Assembly: GCA_002269645.1 (NCBI GenBank) | Contig: NIVC01000834.1 | Coordinates: 1 to 64,000, forward strand | Reading direction: 5' to 3' | Length of the DNA: 64,000 nt | Origin: Macrostomum lignano | Lineage: Eukaryota | Shown here: piece after piece, positions 47,401-59,412 of the stretch | Numbering within the stretch: the first letter of the stretch is position 1 | How the letters are laid out: each line of letters opens with the position of its first letter | Translations under genes and position numbers: made by a program | The notes under the pieces: model-generated | Seen by the model: only the letters and a program-made list of their open reading frames with translations | Databases searched by the model: none | Told to the model about the DNA's origin: nothing

Positions 47401-47751
47401 TGATAAAATCTGTCACCAAGGCAACGCTCAACCCACCTGTGCCACAGCGGACAGACCCCTGTTGGCCATCTTCTCCGCGTAGATTTCAATCTGGCCATCC
47501 TCGAAGCCGAATCGTTTCTGCAGCACAGCGGTGAGCTCGCGAACCTTGCGGCCCTTCTCGCCCAGCACGCTCTGGGTGCGGGTGGCCAGCACGATCACCT
47601 CGATCTTGGCCGGGGTCACGCGGAGCTCGATGCCCGAGTACCCGTCCTCGGCTAGTTCGCGCTTCAAGAATTCGTCCAGTTCGGCGCGGAACACGCCGTT
47701 GGCAACGAATGCCCGCTTCTTGCTCATCACAGCATTCTTGCTGGCGGCCAT
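44461..47751 (-). CDS. RPS3: 40S ribosomal protein S3 (uS3)
   Basis: Exons 47751-47437 ([29 protein letters not shown]...), 45178-44927 ([32 protein letters not shown]...), 44628-44461 ([19 protein letters not shown]). Phase-0 GT-AG introns; 244 aa. Confidence 0.97.
44668..44910. repeat. 12-bp repeat GAGTCATACAGT filling rps3 intron 2
   Basis: Direct inspection. Confidence 0.93.
45285..45819. repeat. 25/28-bp minisatellite TGATTGATCTGGCGCCATCTGACAC in rps3 intron 1
   Basis: About 21 copies. Confidence 0.95.
46066..46296. repeat. 231-bp dispersed cassette, copy in rps3 intron 1
   Basis: 2 mismatches seen versus 51811-52041 in the SIAH intron; both copies are followed by GAGGATGGGACT-type arrays. 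Confidence 0.85.
46290..47392. repeat. 12-bp repeat GAGGATGGGACT/GAGGATGGGTCT in rps3 intron 1
   Basis: About 90 units with higher-order block duplications. Confidence 0.96.
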
Positions 47752-47789
47752 GCTTGCATGCGGACAGTGGATACTCTTATTTAACCTGA

Positions 47790-48400
47790 CTCTTATCTCC
47801 CTACTGACTCTCCTTATTTCACTACAGACTGTTCTCATCTCTCCCCCTCCTGACTATCCCCCTACTGACTCTCCCCCTACTGACTATCCCCCTACTGACT
47901 CTCCCCTTACTGACTCTACCCCTACTGACTCTCCCCCTACTGACTCTCCCCCTACTGACTCTCAACTACTGATTTTGGTCTACTTACTCTCCTCATCTCC
48001 CTACTGACTCTCCTCATCTCCCTACTGACTCTCTCCCTACTGATTCTCCCCCTACTGACTATCCCCTACTGACTATCCCCTACTGACTCTCCCCCTACTG
48101 ACTATCCCCTACTGACTCTCCCCCTACTGACTATCCCCTACTGACTCTCCCCCTACTGACTATCCCCTACTGACTCCCCCCCTACTGACTATCCCCTACT
48201 CACTCATCCCCTACTTACTCTCCCCCTACTGACACCCCCTACTGACTCTCCCCCTACTGACTCTCTTCCTACTGACTCTCCCCCTACTGACTATCCCCTA
48301 CTGACTCTAACCCTACTGACTACCCCTACTGACTACCCCCTACTGACTCTCCCCCTACTGACTCTCCCCCTACTGACTCTCCCCAACCGACACTACCCCC
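47790..48400. repeat. 14-15-bp repeat CCCCCTACTGACTCT upstream of the rps3 ATG
   Basis: Direct inspection. Confidence 0.95.
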
Positions 48401-49461
48401 TACAGCCTGACAAGTGGCAGTAAAGGAGCCAAGAACCAAGTGTTGTCGCATAATGCAGAGCTTATAAATCTGCACTAGTTACTAAAAACAATTGCAACTT
48501 AAAGATTTAGGCGACAGCTTAACTGAAGACGCGTCTCGTTTTATTAAAAAATATTTTTCATATTTCCACTTCATATATAGAAAGTAAAAGGAGGGTTGCG
48601 GCTGTCAGATGTCTTAAGTCAAACAAAATGATATTAAGGGTCAAATTTAGGGAGAAAATAAGACGGTGACAGCTTCAGACACTGAATTGGTTTGCAGATA
48701 AGAGAGTTATTTAATAACAAAAAAGGCATTAACGATACAATGGGTTTGTACAACAGGATTAAAAGTAATAAACTACTGCCAGTAGCCGGGTTATAAGCTA
48801 TATATATTGCTACAGCACAAAGCAAAGACGAGACCCAAAGAAAATGTGCGAGTTCTGCCGCCCCACCCACGGACCGAAGCACCTGCACTCGCGCTGCACA
48901 CGCTCAATAGTGAATAATTAATAATCCGATTAATACATTTTTGCATACATTCTGTTCGAAAAACAACTTAATAAACACACGGCAGTGACACAAAACATGT
49001 GCGATAAACTATTATTGTACACAGAAGCAAACTAAATTAATATAGAGAGTAAATTTATAAATAAACATACAATCAATCACAATTTCTGTTGACAAATAAA
49101 GATTCTTAGCGGGGTCGCTAACCAGCGTCTGCGTGTTTCTAATAAAGTTGTCTAGCTAGAGAATGGACAAAGAAAAAAATTGACCTTGTTCGATGCACGT
49201 CTCAAGTTTTGTTCTCAATAGGAAAAAAATTGTCTCATGACGCTACTATTGAAGGGCTTCTACACGGATAAGTAGTGAGTTTAGGTGACGAGCTGAATAT
49301 TAATTCAATTTGTGTATTTTTTACAATGCAAAGCAAGAAGTCCACGAAATTGTACGATTTGGATGGCAGAGTGCGCGAGAAATATGCCGAAATAAAAGTA
49401 CTCATTGGAGTACGCGCGAACTCTTCACTGTCACATTTACAAGCATTTTGAGGGCCATGCT

Positions 49462-50182
49462 TATGGTGATTTGTGGGCGATTCTTATGGTGATTTGTGGG
49501 CGATTCTTATGGTGGTTTGTGGGCGATTCTTATGGTGATTTGTGAGCGATTCTTATGGTGGTTTGTGAGCGATTCTTATGGTGATTTGTGGGCGATTCTT
49601 ATGGTGATTTGTGGGCGATTCTTATGGTGATTTGTGGGCGATTCTTATGGTGATTTGTAGGCGATTCTCATGGTGGTTTGTGGGCGATTCTTATGGTGGT
49701 TTGTGGGCGATTCTTATGGTGGTTTGTGGGCGATTCTTATGGTGGTTTGTGAGCGATTCTTATGGTGGTTTGTAGGCGATTCTCATGGTGGTTTGTGGGC
49801 GATTCTTATGGTGATTTGTAGGCGATTCTCATGGTGGTTTGTGGGCGATTCTTATGGTGGTTTGTGGGCGATTCTCATGGTGGTTTGTGGGCGATTCTTA
49901 TGGTGGTTTGTGAGCGATTCTTATGGTGGTTTGTAGGCGATTCTCATGGTGGTTTGTGGGCGATTCTTATGGTGATTTGTAGGCGATTCTCATGGTGGTT
50001 TGTGGGCGATTCTTATGGCGGTTTGTGGGCGATTCTCATGGTGGTTTGTGGGCGATTCTCATGGTGGATTGTGGGCGATTCTCATGGTGGATTGTGGGCG
50101 ATTCTCATGGTGGATTGTGGGCGATTCTCATGGTGGATTGTGGGCGATTCTCATGGTGGATTGTGGGCGATTCTCATGGTGG
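49462..50182. repeat. 23-bp minisatellite GGTGGTTTGTGGGCGATTCT(C/T)AT between SIAH and rps3
   Basis: About 31 copies with a gradient of variants. Confidence 0.95.
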
Positions 50183-50401
50183 ATTTTTGGCGAGTCTCAT
50201 GGGTTGTTTTTTTCAGGCTTGGAAGGAAGGTGATACAGTTCGGTTTTAGGGAGGAGATTCCTACGACAGTTTTTTCACACAGTTTCAAAGCAATCAATCA
50301 GTTTTGGTAAAAAAGCAATTTTAAGTGAAATCAGTGACTTCTTACAAAGCAATAGATGTATGCATATATTATCATTAGCTTATCAACGGTCGCTAATTGC
50401 A

Positions 50402-53339
50402 TCAGCCAATCTGCATGCCCTGACCGCAAATGGACGAACTCTGCTGCTGCTGCTGAGGCAAATCAGACGAAGAGTTTAATGATCCCGTAGCAACAGCGGC
50501 GCCTGTTGCCATGCTGATAGTCACGCTAATGCCCAGGTTGCCAGTCTCAGCGAACAGGGAGGCAATATTGGAATCGAATACCAGGCAGTCCGAGTTCGCA
50601 ATGGCGGCGTGCACGCCGTCGTGAATTGACCGCGGCGTCGCTTCCCAGGTGAGTCGGCGGCGTTGGCCATTGAGCTCGAGTCTGTAGGCGAACTGCTCCG
50701 CTTGCTTGCGGGTGCCAATGAGCTGCACGATGGCGTAGAACATCACCTGCAGTATAGGCGGGGTGGAGATGCTATTTGAGAAGATGAAAAGTTGGACAGT
50801 GGTGGTTAAGCTAGCTAACATCATGCTGTTGTGTAAATGAAGAAGAAACATAATGTAATGAGATGGGACTGGAGATGGGATCGGGTATGGGACTAGAGAT
50901 GGGATCGGGTATGGAACTGAAGATAGGATTAGGTTTGGGACTGGAGATGGGATCGGGTATGGGACTAGAGATGGGATCGGGTATGGGACTGAAGATGGAA
51001 TCGGGTATGGGACTGGAGATGGGATCGGGTATGGGACTGGAGATGGGATCGGGTATGGGACTGGGGGATGGGATCGGGTATAGAACTGAAGATGGGATCG
51101 GTTATGGAACTGGAGATGGGATCGGGTATGGGACTAGAGATGGGATCGGGTATGGGACTAGAGATGGGATCGGGTATGGGACTGGAGATGGGATCGGGTA
51201 TAAGACTGGAGATGGGATCGGGTATGGGACTGGGAGATGGGATCTGGGATCGGGTATGGGACTGGGAGATGGGATCTGGGATCGGGTATGGGACTGGAGA
51301 TGGGATCGGGTATAAGATTGGAAATGGGATCGGGTATGGGACTAGAGATGGGATCGGGTATAAGACTAGGGATGGGATCGGGTATGGGACTGGAGATGGG
51401 ATCGGGTATGGGACTGTAGATGGGATCGGGTATGGGACTGGAGATGGGATCGGGTATGGGACTGGAGATGGGATCGGGTATGGGACTGGAGATGGGATCG
51501 GGTATGGGACTGGAGATGGGATCGGGTATGGGACTGGGAGATGGGATCTGGGATCGGGTATGGGACTAGGGATAGGATCGGGTATGGGACTGGAGATGGG
51601 ATCGGGTATGGGACTGGGAGATGGGATATGGGATCGGGTATGGGACTGGGAGATGGGATCTGGGATCGGGTATGGGACTGGAGATAGGATCGGGTATGGG
51701 GACTGGGAGGTGGGATCTGGGATCGGGTCTGAAGATGGGATCTGGTATAGTATGGGAATGGAGAAAGGATCTGCAATGAGATCAGGTATGGGACTGAATA
51801 ACCTATTATTTGCTCATACAAAGCATGTTGCTGTCGTCATAGCTCAAATCTTTAAGGCTAACGAATGTGAACAGCAGTAATGCAATTTAATCATAGCTGC
51901 TCATATAAAACAACAAAATCATATTTTATGAAATCAATTCCAGTTGGCATCATACTGAACAATATGCTGTCGGCATAACTTGTACGAATGTGAACAGCAG
52001 AATGGTTATAATCACTGCCAACTTGGGAATTGACGGGAGATTTAGGATGAGACTGAGGGTGGGACTCAGGATGAGACTGAGGGTGGGACTCAGGATGGGA
52101 CTGAGGATGGAACTGAGGATGGAACTGAGGATGGGACTCAGGATGAGACTGAGGGTGGGACTCAGGATGAGACTGAGGGTGGGACTCAGGATGGGACTGA
52201 GGGTGGGACCGGGTATGGGACTGGAGATGGTATCGGGTATGTGACTGAAGATGGGATCGGGTATGGCACTGGAGATAGAACTAAAGATGGGATCGGGTAT
52301 GGCACTGGAGATGGGATCGGGTATGGGACTAAATATGGGATTTGGTATGGGACTGAAGATGGAATCGGGTATGGGACTGGAGATGTTGTCGGGTATGAAA
52401 CTGGAGATGGGGTCGGGTATGCGACTAAATGCATGACCAATCATCTGCTCATACAAGGCATGTCACTGCTATCATGGCTAAAATATTTTGAAAAGGAACA
52501 CACCGGATTGCGAGAGAGAAGAATGGCCCACTCACCTGACTATCCATTCTCTCCTGTTTCTCCAGCACAAGCATGAAATGATAGCCGAAGCAATTCTGCA
52601 TCATGACCCAATCCACCGCGCCGGGCAAATTAATATCAGTAGCTAAAAAGATGATATCTTCTCCCTGCAAAGTGGTGATGCTCTTGTGCTGCTGCGTGAG
52701 GTGCTGCATGACATTCTCAAGTGAGCCCTGCCATTTACAGCTGGCGCCAGGACAGGGACAAACGTACGGCCGGAACTCGCAGATCTCCTCGTGCTCAGCC
52801 TTAGCCGTGTGGTGAAACGCCGCCAGACAACCATTGCTAGCGTATTTGCACGGGAACTGTACCTGGGCGGCTAGGCGCTCCATAGCCAAGTTGCGAATAT
52901 TGGCCAGAGGCCCGCGACAGCTCGGACAGCTGGTGAGTTTAGCCCGGCAGTTTGAGCACACAATGTGACCAGCCTGGCACTGGATTACAGGGGGCAGGGC
53001 GTAGTCAAAGCACACTGGGCACTCGAATAGCGAGGCCAGTTCCATATTGTGCGCGGCCGAGTCTGCGGCGCTAGCGCCGGCGCCAACTAAAGACGCGGCG
53101 CCGGGCGTTAAGCCGGACGAAGAAGGCGAGGCGGCGAGGGCGGCGGCGGCAGCTGCGGCGGCGCCAATCATCTGCGGCAGCACTGGCACGGATTTGGCGC
53201 CGGCGCATCCAGCGGCGCTATCAGACTGTAATGGCGCCGGCCGACCAATTGGGGCGCCGGTGGTAGCGGCGGCGCTGCTGTTGCTATTCCTATAGTGAGC
53301 CGAGGCCTTCGACGAAGGGTGAACTTTGTTGCCATTCAT
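50402..53339 (-). CDS. SIAH1: E3 ubiquitin ligase SIAH/seven in absentia, full-length copy
   Basis: Exon 53339-52536 has the RING ([29 protein letters not shown]), zinc fingers and [21 protein letters not shown]. Exon 50746-50402 reads [55 protein letters not shown]. 382 aa from the first in-frame ATG. The paralog number cannot be assigned for an invertebrate. Confidence 0.93.
50860..52425. repeat. SIAH intron arrays: 24-bp GGGATCGGGTATGGGACTGGAGAT (50860-51796) and 12-bp GAGGATGGGACT-type/24-bp mix (52045-52425)
   Basis: Separated by the 231-bp cassette. Confidence 0.95.
51811..52041. repeat. 231-bp dispersed cassette, copy in SIAH intron (third copy 57884-58114 via the duplication)
   Basis: Starts TGCTCATACAAAGCATGTTG and ends GGAATT(C/G)ACGGGAGAT, as in 46066-46296. 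Confidence 0.85.
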
Positions 53340-54388
53340 TGTTGGCACTGGCAGTGTGCTCAATTATATAGGGCTGATTACTACTCGCAAAGCAGGAATG
53401 GTGGATTACACCACAGCATCCTGCATTTGGACCATGAGTTCTAAATTGGCACTCTGTATTTTATTCACTGTTTTTTTTTAATTTGAAGTATCAATAATTT
53501 TAAAATTATTAGGACTCTTGCAAGTTTAATACTTCAATCAATTGTCAAATCTATAAATATGTAAACTTCACTAGGTTTGAGGTATAGTAATATAAAATGA
53601 TAGGGCAAATATTTTATTTAATTTTAAAGTTTTGACTGCACCAGCAAGCAAGTTAGGTTTGAATTCGCCATCCTGACTTTGGACCTAAGATGCCAAATGT
53701 CACAGTGATTCTCAATGCTTAAATGGTGATTTTTGTAAATATCCAACATATATTGATCATTTGTTATGCAAGTAATACCTTGTAATACATTACAACCTTA
53801 TAGAGGTCAAGTTATTCTATACAAAAAACGGAATATAGGATTATAGTTTAATAATTGGATAGTTAAAATATTAAAAAATTATGGATAGAATTACTCATAG
53901 GAATATATACACTCAGTTAGAGTCAATATAAGAGTCAATAAAAGAAAACTTAGAACAGTATCCAGACTCCTTGGCATATAATAAATAGCAATGCTCGAAG
54001 TTAAACTATGAATTCTAGTAAAATATTGAGTGAATTAGTAGGATTAAATAACTGATTTAAACCTATGATAACACTGGTTGTAACATTAAAACAAAATTAT
54101 AAATAGTTAGACATGTCTTAATTACAAATAGTTAATACATAAATAACCCATTGGACAATATGATTTAATAAACCAATAGAATCAAGACTGTTACTCTTTT
54201 AATTGTGAGATTTGCATTGTAATTTATTAATCTTCTTTTCATTATCTAATTTTAAGATTTTAGGAATTTAAATCAAATGCAAATGCAGTCTTGCATTTAA
54301 GTTGGTAACCATCTAGGAAGAAATGTATTAAACCTGGCCAGTCCACTTAGCTTTAAATATAAGATTATAGAAATATATGTTACACATA

Positions 54389-55186
54389 TTATGAGACCTC
54401 ATTTGTATGCCAGAACTAAAAAATGTGTCATTGACATAATATTTTCACTGTGTTGACACAGTCACATAATTTGTCATGAAAAATGACAAATACCTTTATT
54501 GTATACTGGGAAATCCTGGCATATATGTTGTCTCACTCTCATATATGCCCAACCTCAAAATTTCACCCATGCAGTGCAACTTAGTTTTGTCCAGATTTGC
54601 AACTTAGTTCCTCCCAATTATGACTTAGTTCCTCTTGATTGCAACTTAGTTCCTCTAATTGTGACTTAATTTTAAATTTGTATATGATTTTTCTTGCCTT
54701 TTCTCTTTTTTTCTCTTTTTCTTTCTTTCTCCTCTTTCCCTTCACTCTTTTCTCCCTCTATTTTTTTCCTTTTCTCTTCCTATCCTTTCTTTCTTTGCCA
54801 ATTTTTTGTTTTTTGCATTTTTAATTTTGTGACTTACCATGGCCAATAGCCATTTCACCTGTCTAGTTTGGATGGGTCAGTTGGACAGGTGTTGGGCATG
54901 TATGTGTTGTCTTCCAAACTATGGCAAATGAAAGAAGTACCAATGTAATAATATAATGTTATGTAATAATTATGCATAATGTAATAATGCAATGTAATAA
55001 TGTAATATACATAATTAGTACTTCTTTCATTTGCCATAGTTTGGAAGACAACATATATGCCAGGATTTTCTAGCATACAACAAAGGTACTTGCCATTTTT
55101 TAGCATACATCAGCATATATAACATAGCAGAAACATTATGTCAATGACACATTTTTAAGTTCTGGCATACAAATGAGATCTCATAA
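54389..55186. mobile_element. Foldback/MITE-like element with ~145-bp imperfect inverted arms and an internal 36-bp perfect hairpin (second copy 60467-61288)
   Basis: 54389-54533 is the reverse complement of 55046-55186. 54905-54940 is the perfect reverse complement of 55018-55053. No transposase ORF. Confidence 0.6.
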
Positions 55187-56251
55187 TTTTTTCTAACATT
55201 AGACCTGGCATACACAAATATATAATCCAAACTATGGTTCAGTTGTTAGTCATAACCATTTTTAATATATGGATTTAGTATATTTGGATATAATCTTAGA
55301 AATGTATACTTTTGTTCCAGAAACTAGAACATATTTATACCAATTTTCAAATAGTTTAGACTTTTGTATGACAATTTTTTAATTAGGACCTACATGATAA
55401 AATTTATAAATTGTATATTAACAACATCTATTATCAAGACAATACTATATGGCTTCTCTATATTTGAAAATTCTGGTGTGCATAACTAAATTTTTTAGTC
55501 TTAGGCCTTGAATTTTACATTGAAGTCCAAAAATGCTTTTGTAAAATTGGTTTATATGATCTATTAAAACTAATTAGGCTAGTCAATAGGCAATAAGCAA
55601 TAGGCAGGCCTATAGATAAGCAATAGGCCTATATTTTATTATATCATAACATAAAAAGCCACAAGCAACTGTCTGGATTATGCTAAATGCACACCCAAAC
55701 AAAATTTAAATAGTTACAAATGTATATCAAAAAAAATTATTGAATATATGCCTAGTCTAAAATTTAGGCCAGTGTTGCAATAATAAATGATCTTTTTTTG
55801 CATTGCGACTAGGGATTAAAAAATCCTAATTTTTTGTGATCCCAGGATCCTAGGATTTAATCTTGGAATTTGGCCAATCCTGGGATTTAATCTTGGGATT
55901 AGAAACACAGATTTTTAAGCTTTTAGGTAGAAATTTTGGCATTCCTTTGGTTTACAATTATCCCAAACAGTGACAATCACCTTAAATAGTGATAATCACC
56001 ACAAAAAAACAGTTGTAAGACATAAAATCCATAGTTTCCAATGAAATGAAATCAAATGTTGGCAAATTGACTTTGTTTATTTCAAAAGATAGTAAGATTG
56101 TCATAGCACCTTATATTTCACCTTTGGTTTACAATCACCCAAATGTATGTTGCCCATTAAAATGATTGTGAACCGAAGCTAGCTGTAAAAAAGTATACTA
56201 AGGGTTGACATGCTTTCCTGAAAATGGTTTTGCCTTTTTAGTTAGTTAGCC

Positions 56252-59200
56252 TTATTTTAGTTGAGTATAATTAAAACAATATAAGCCCCTAGGATTTTGG
56301 TCTAAAAAACTGCTTTTTAGATAGGAAAAATTAGATAGGTCGTGAATTGACCGCGGCGTCGCTTCCCAGGTGAGTCGGCGGCGTTGGCCATTGAGCTCGA
56401 GTCTGTAGGCGAACTGCTCCGCTTGCTTGCGGGTGCCAATGAGCTGCACGATGGCGTAGAACATCACCTGCAGTATAGGCGGGGTGGAGATGCTATTTGA
56501 GAAGATGAAAAGTTGGACAGTGGTGGTTAAGCTAGCTAACATCATGCTGTTGTGTAAATGAAGAAGAAACATAATGTAATGAGATGGGACTGGAGATGGG
56601 ATCGGGTATGGGACTAGAGATGGGATCGGGTATGGAACTGAAGATAGGATTAGGTTTGGGACTGGAGATGGGATCGGGTATGGGACTAGAGATGGGATCG
56701 GGTATGGGACTGAAGATGGAATCGGGTATGGGACTGGAGATGGGATCGGGTATGGGACTGGAGATGGGATCGGGTATGGGACTGGGGGATGGGATCGGGT
56801 ATAGAACTGAAGATGGGATCGGTTATGGAACTGGAGATGGGATCGGGTATGGGACTAGAGATGGGATCGGGTATGGGACTAGAGATGGGATCGGGTATGG
56901 GACTGGAGATGGGATCGGGTATAAGACTGGAGATGGGATCGGGTATGGGACTGGGAGATGGGATCTGGGATCGGGTATGGGACTGGAGATGGGATCGGGT
57001 ATAAGATTGGAAATGGGATCGGGTATGGGACTAGAGATGGGATCGGGTATAAGACTAGGGATGGGATCGGGTATGGGACTGGAGATGGGATCGGGTATGG
57101 GACTGTAGATGGGATCGGGTATGGGACTGGAGATGGGATCGGGTATGGGACTGGAGATGGGATCGGGTATGGGACTGGAGATGGGATCGGGTATGGGACT
57201 GGAGATGGGATCGGGTATGGGACTGGGAGATGGGATCTGGGATCGGGTATGGGACTAGGGATAGGATCGGGTATGGGACTGGAGATGGGATCGGGTATGG
57301 GACTGGGAGATGGGATCTGGGATCGGGTATGGGACTGGGAGATGGGATCTGGGATCGGGTATGGGACTGGAGATGGGATCGGGTATAAGATTGGAAATGG
57401 GATCGGGTATGGGACTAGAGATGGGATCGGGTATAAGACTAGGGATGGGATCGGGTATGGGACTGGAGATGGGATCGGGTATGGGACTGTAGATGGGATC
57501 GGGTATGGGACTGGAGATGGGATCGGGTATGGGACTGGAGATGGGATCGGGTATGGGACTGGAGATGGGATCGGGTATGGGACTGGAGATGGGATCGGGT
57601 ATGGGACTGGGAGATGGGATCTGGGATCGGGTATGGGACTAGGGATAGGATCGGGTATGGGACTGGAGATGGGATCGGGTATGGGACTGGGAGATGGGAT
57701 CTGGGATCGGGTATGGGACTGGGAGATGGGATCTGGGATCGGGTATGGGACTGGAGATAGGATCGGGTATGGGGACTGGGAGGTGGGATCTGGGATCGGG
57801 TCTGAAGATGGGATCTGGTATAGTATGGGAATGGAGAAAGGATCTGCAATGAGATCAGGTATGGGACTGAATAACCTATTATTTGCTCATACAAAGCATG
57901 TTGCTGTCGTCATAGCTCAAATCTTTAAGGCTAACGAATGTGAACAGCAGTAATGCAATTTAATCATAGCTGCTCATATAAAACAACAAAATCATATTTT
58001 ATGAAATCAATTCCAGTTGGCATCATACTGAACAATATGCTGTCGGCATAACTTGTACGAATGTGAACAGCAGAATGGTTATAATCACTGCCAACTGGGG
58101 AATTGACGGGAGATTTAGGATGAGACTGAGGGTGGGACTCAGGATGAGACTGAGGGTGGGACTCAGGATGGGACTGAGGATGGAACTGAGGATGGAACTG
58201 AGGATGGGACTCAGGATGAGACTGAGGGTGGGACTCAGGATGAGACTGAGGGTGGGACTCAGGATGGGACTGAGGGTGGGACCGGGTATGGGACTGGAGA
58301 TGGTATCGGGTATGTGACTGAAGATGGGATCGGGTATGGCACTGGAGATAGAACTAAAGATGGGATCGGGTATGGCACTGGAGATGGGATCGGGTATGGG
58401 ACTAAATATGGGATTTGGTATGGGACTGAAGATGGAATCGGGTATGGGACTGGAGATGTTGTCGGGTATGAAACTGGAGATGGGGTCGGGTATGCGACTA
58501 AATGCATGACCAATCATCTGCTCATACAAGGCATGTCACTGCTATCATGGCTAAAATATTTTGAAAAGGAACACACCGGATTGCGAGAGAGAAGAATGGC
58601 CCACTCACCTGACTATCCATTCGCTCCTGTTTCTCCAGCACAAGCATGAAATGATAGCCGAAGCAATTCTGCATCATGACCCAATCCACCGCGCCGGGCA
58701 AATTAATATCAGTAGCTAAAAAGATGATATCTTCTCCCTGCAAAGTGGTGATGCTCTTGTGCTGCTGCGTGAGGTGCTGCATGACATTCTCAAGTGAGCC
58801 CTGCCATTTACAGCTGGCGCCAGGACAGGGACAAACGTACGGCCGGAACTCGCAGATCTCCTCGTGCTCAGCCTTAGCCGTGTGGTGAAACGCCGCCAGA
58901 CAACCATTGCTAGCGTATTTGCACGGGAACTGTACCTGGGCGGCTAGGCGCTCCATAGCCAAGTTGCGAATATTGGCCAGAGGCCCGCGACAGCTCGGAC
59001 AGCTGGTGAGTTTAGCCCGGCAGTTTGAGCACACAATGTGACCAGCCTGGCACTGGATTACAGGGGGCAGGGCGTAGTCAAAGCACACTGGGCACTCGAA
59101 TAGCGAGGCCAGTTCCATATTGTGCGCGGCCGAGTCTGCGGCGCTAGCGCCGGCGCCAACTAAAGACGCGGCGCCGGGCGTTAAGCCGGACGAAGAAGGC

Positions 59201-59412
59201 GAGGCGGCGAGGGCGGCGGCGGCAGCTGCGGCGGCGCCAATCATCTGCGGCAGCACTGGCACGGATTTGGCGCCGGCGCATCCAGCGGCGCTATCAGACT
59301 GTAATGGCGCCGGCCGACCAATTGGGGCGCCGGTGGTAGCGGCGGCGCTGCTGTTGCTATTCCTATAGTGAGCCGAGGCCTTCGACGAAGGGTGAACTTT
59401 GTTGCCATTCAT
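56252..59412 (-). pseudogene. SIAH1: Duplicated SIAH copy truncated in exon 2 (open frame, last 71 aa replaced by 28 unrelated aa)
   Basis: Exon 59412-58609 translates identically to copy 1. Exon 2 starts at 56467 and breaks after TPRSIHD at 56339, then reads LSNFSYLK...TQLK to a stop at 56252. Confidence 0.8.
56581..58498. repeat. Duplicated SIAH intron arrays, 352 bp longer than in copy 1
   Basis: The offset between copies jumps from 5721 to 6073 across the array. Confidence 0.93.

Noticed and set aside
46286-47431. 381-aa Pro/Ser/His/Ile-rich ORF and the overlapping MGLR ORFs
   Set aside because: Lies inside rps3 intron 1 and is a read-through of the 12-bp array.
51068-51880. GDGIGYGT / MGLEMGSG repeat ORFs (also 56584-57953) resembling Gly-rich structural proteins
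   Set aside because: Antisense translation of the SIAH intron 24-mer array.
53363-53363. TTG start for SIAH given by the ORF track (also 59436)
   Set aside because: An in-frame ATG lies 8 codons downstream (53339/59412) and is the more parsimonious start.
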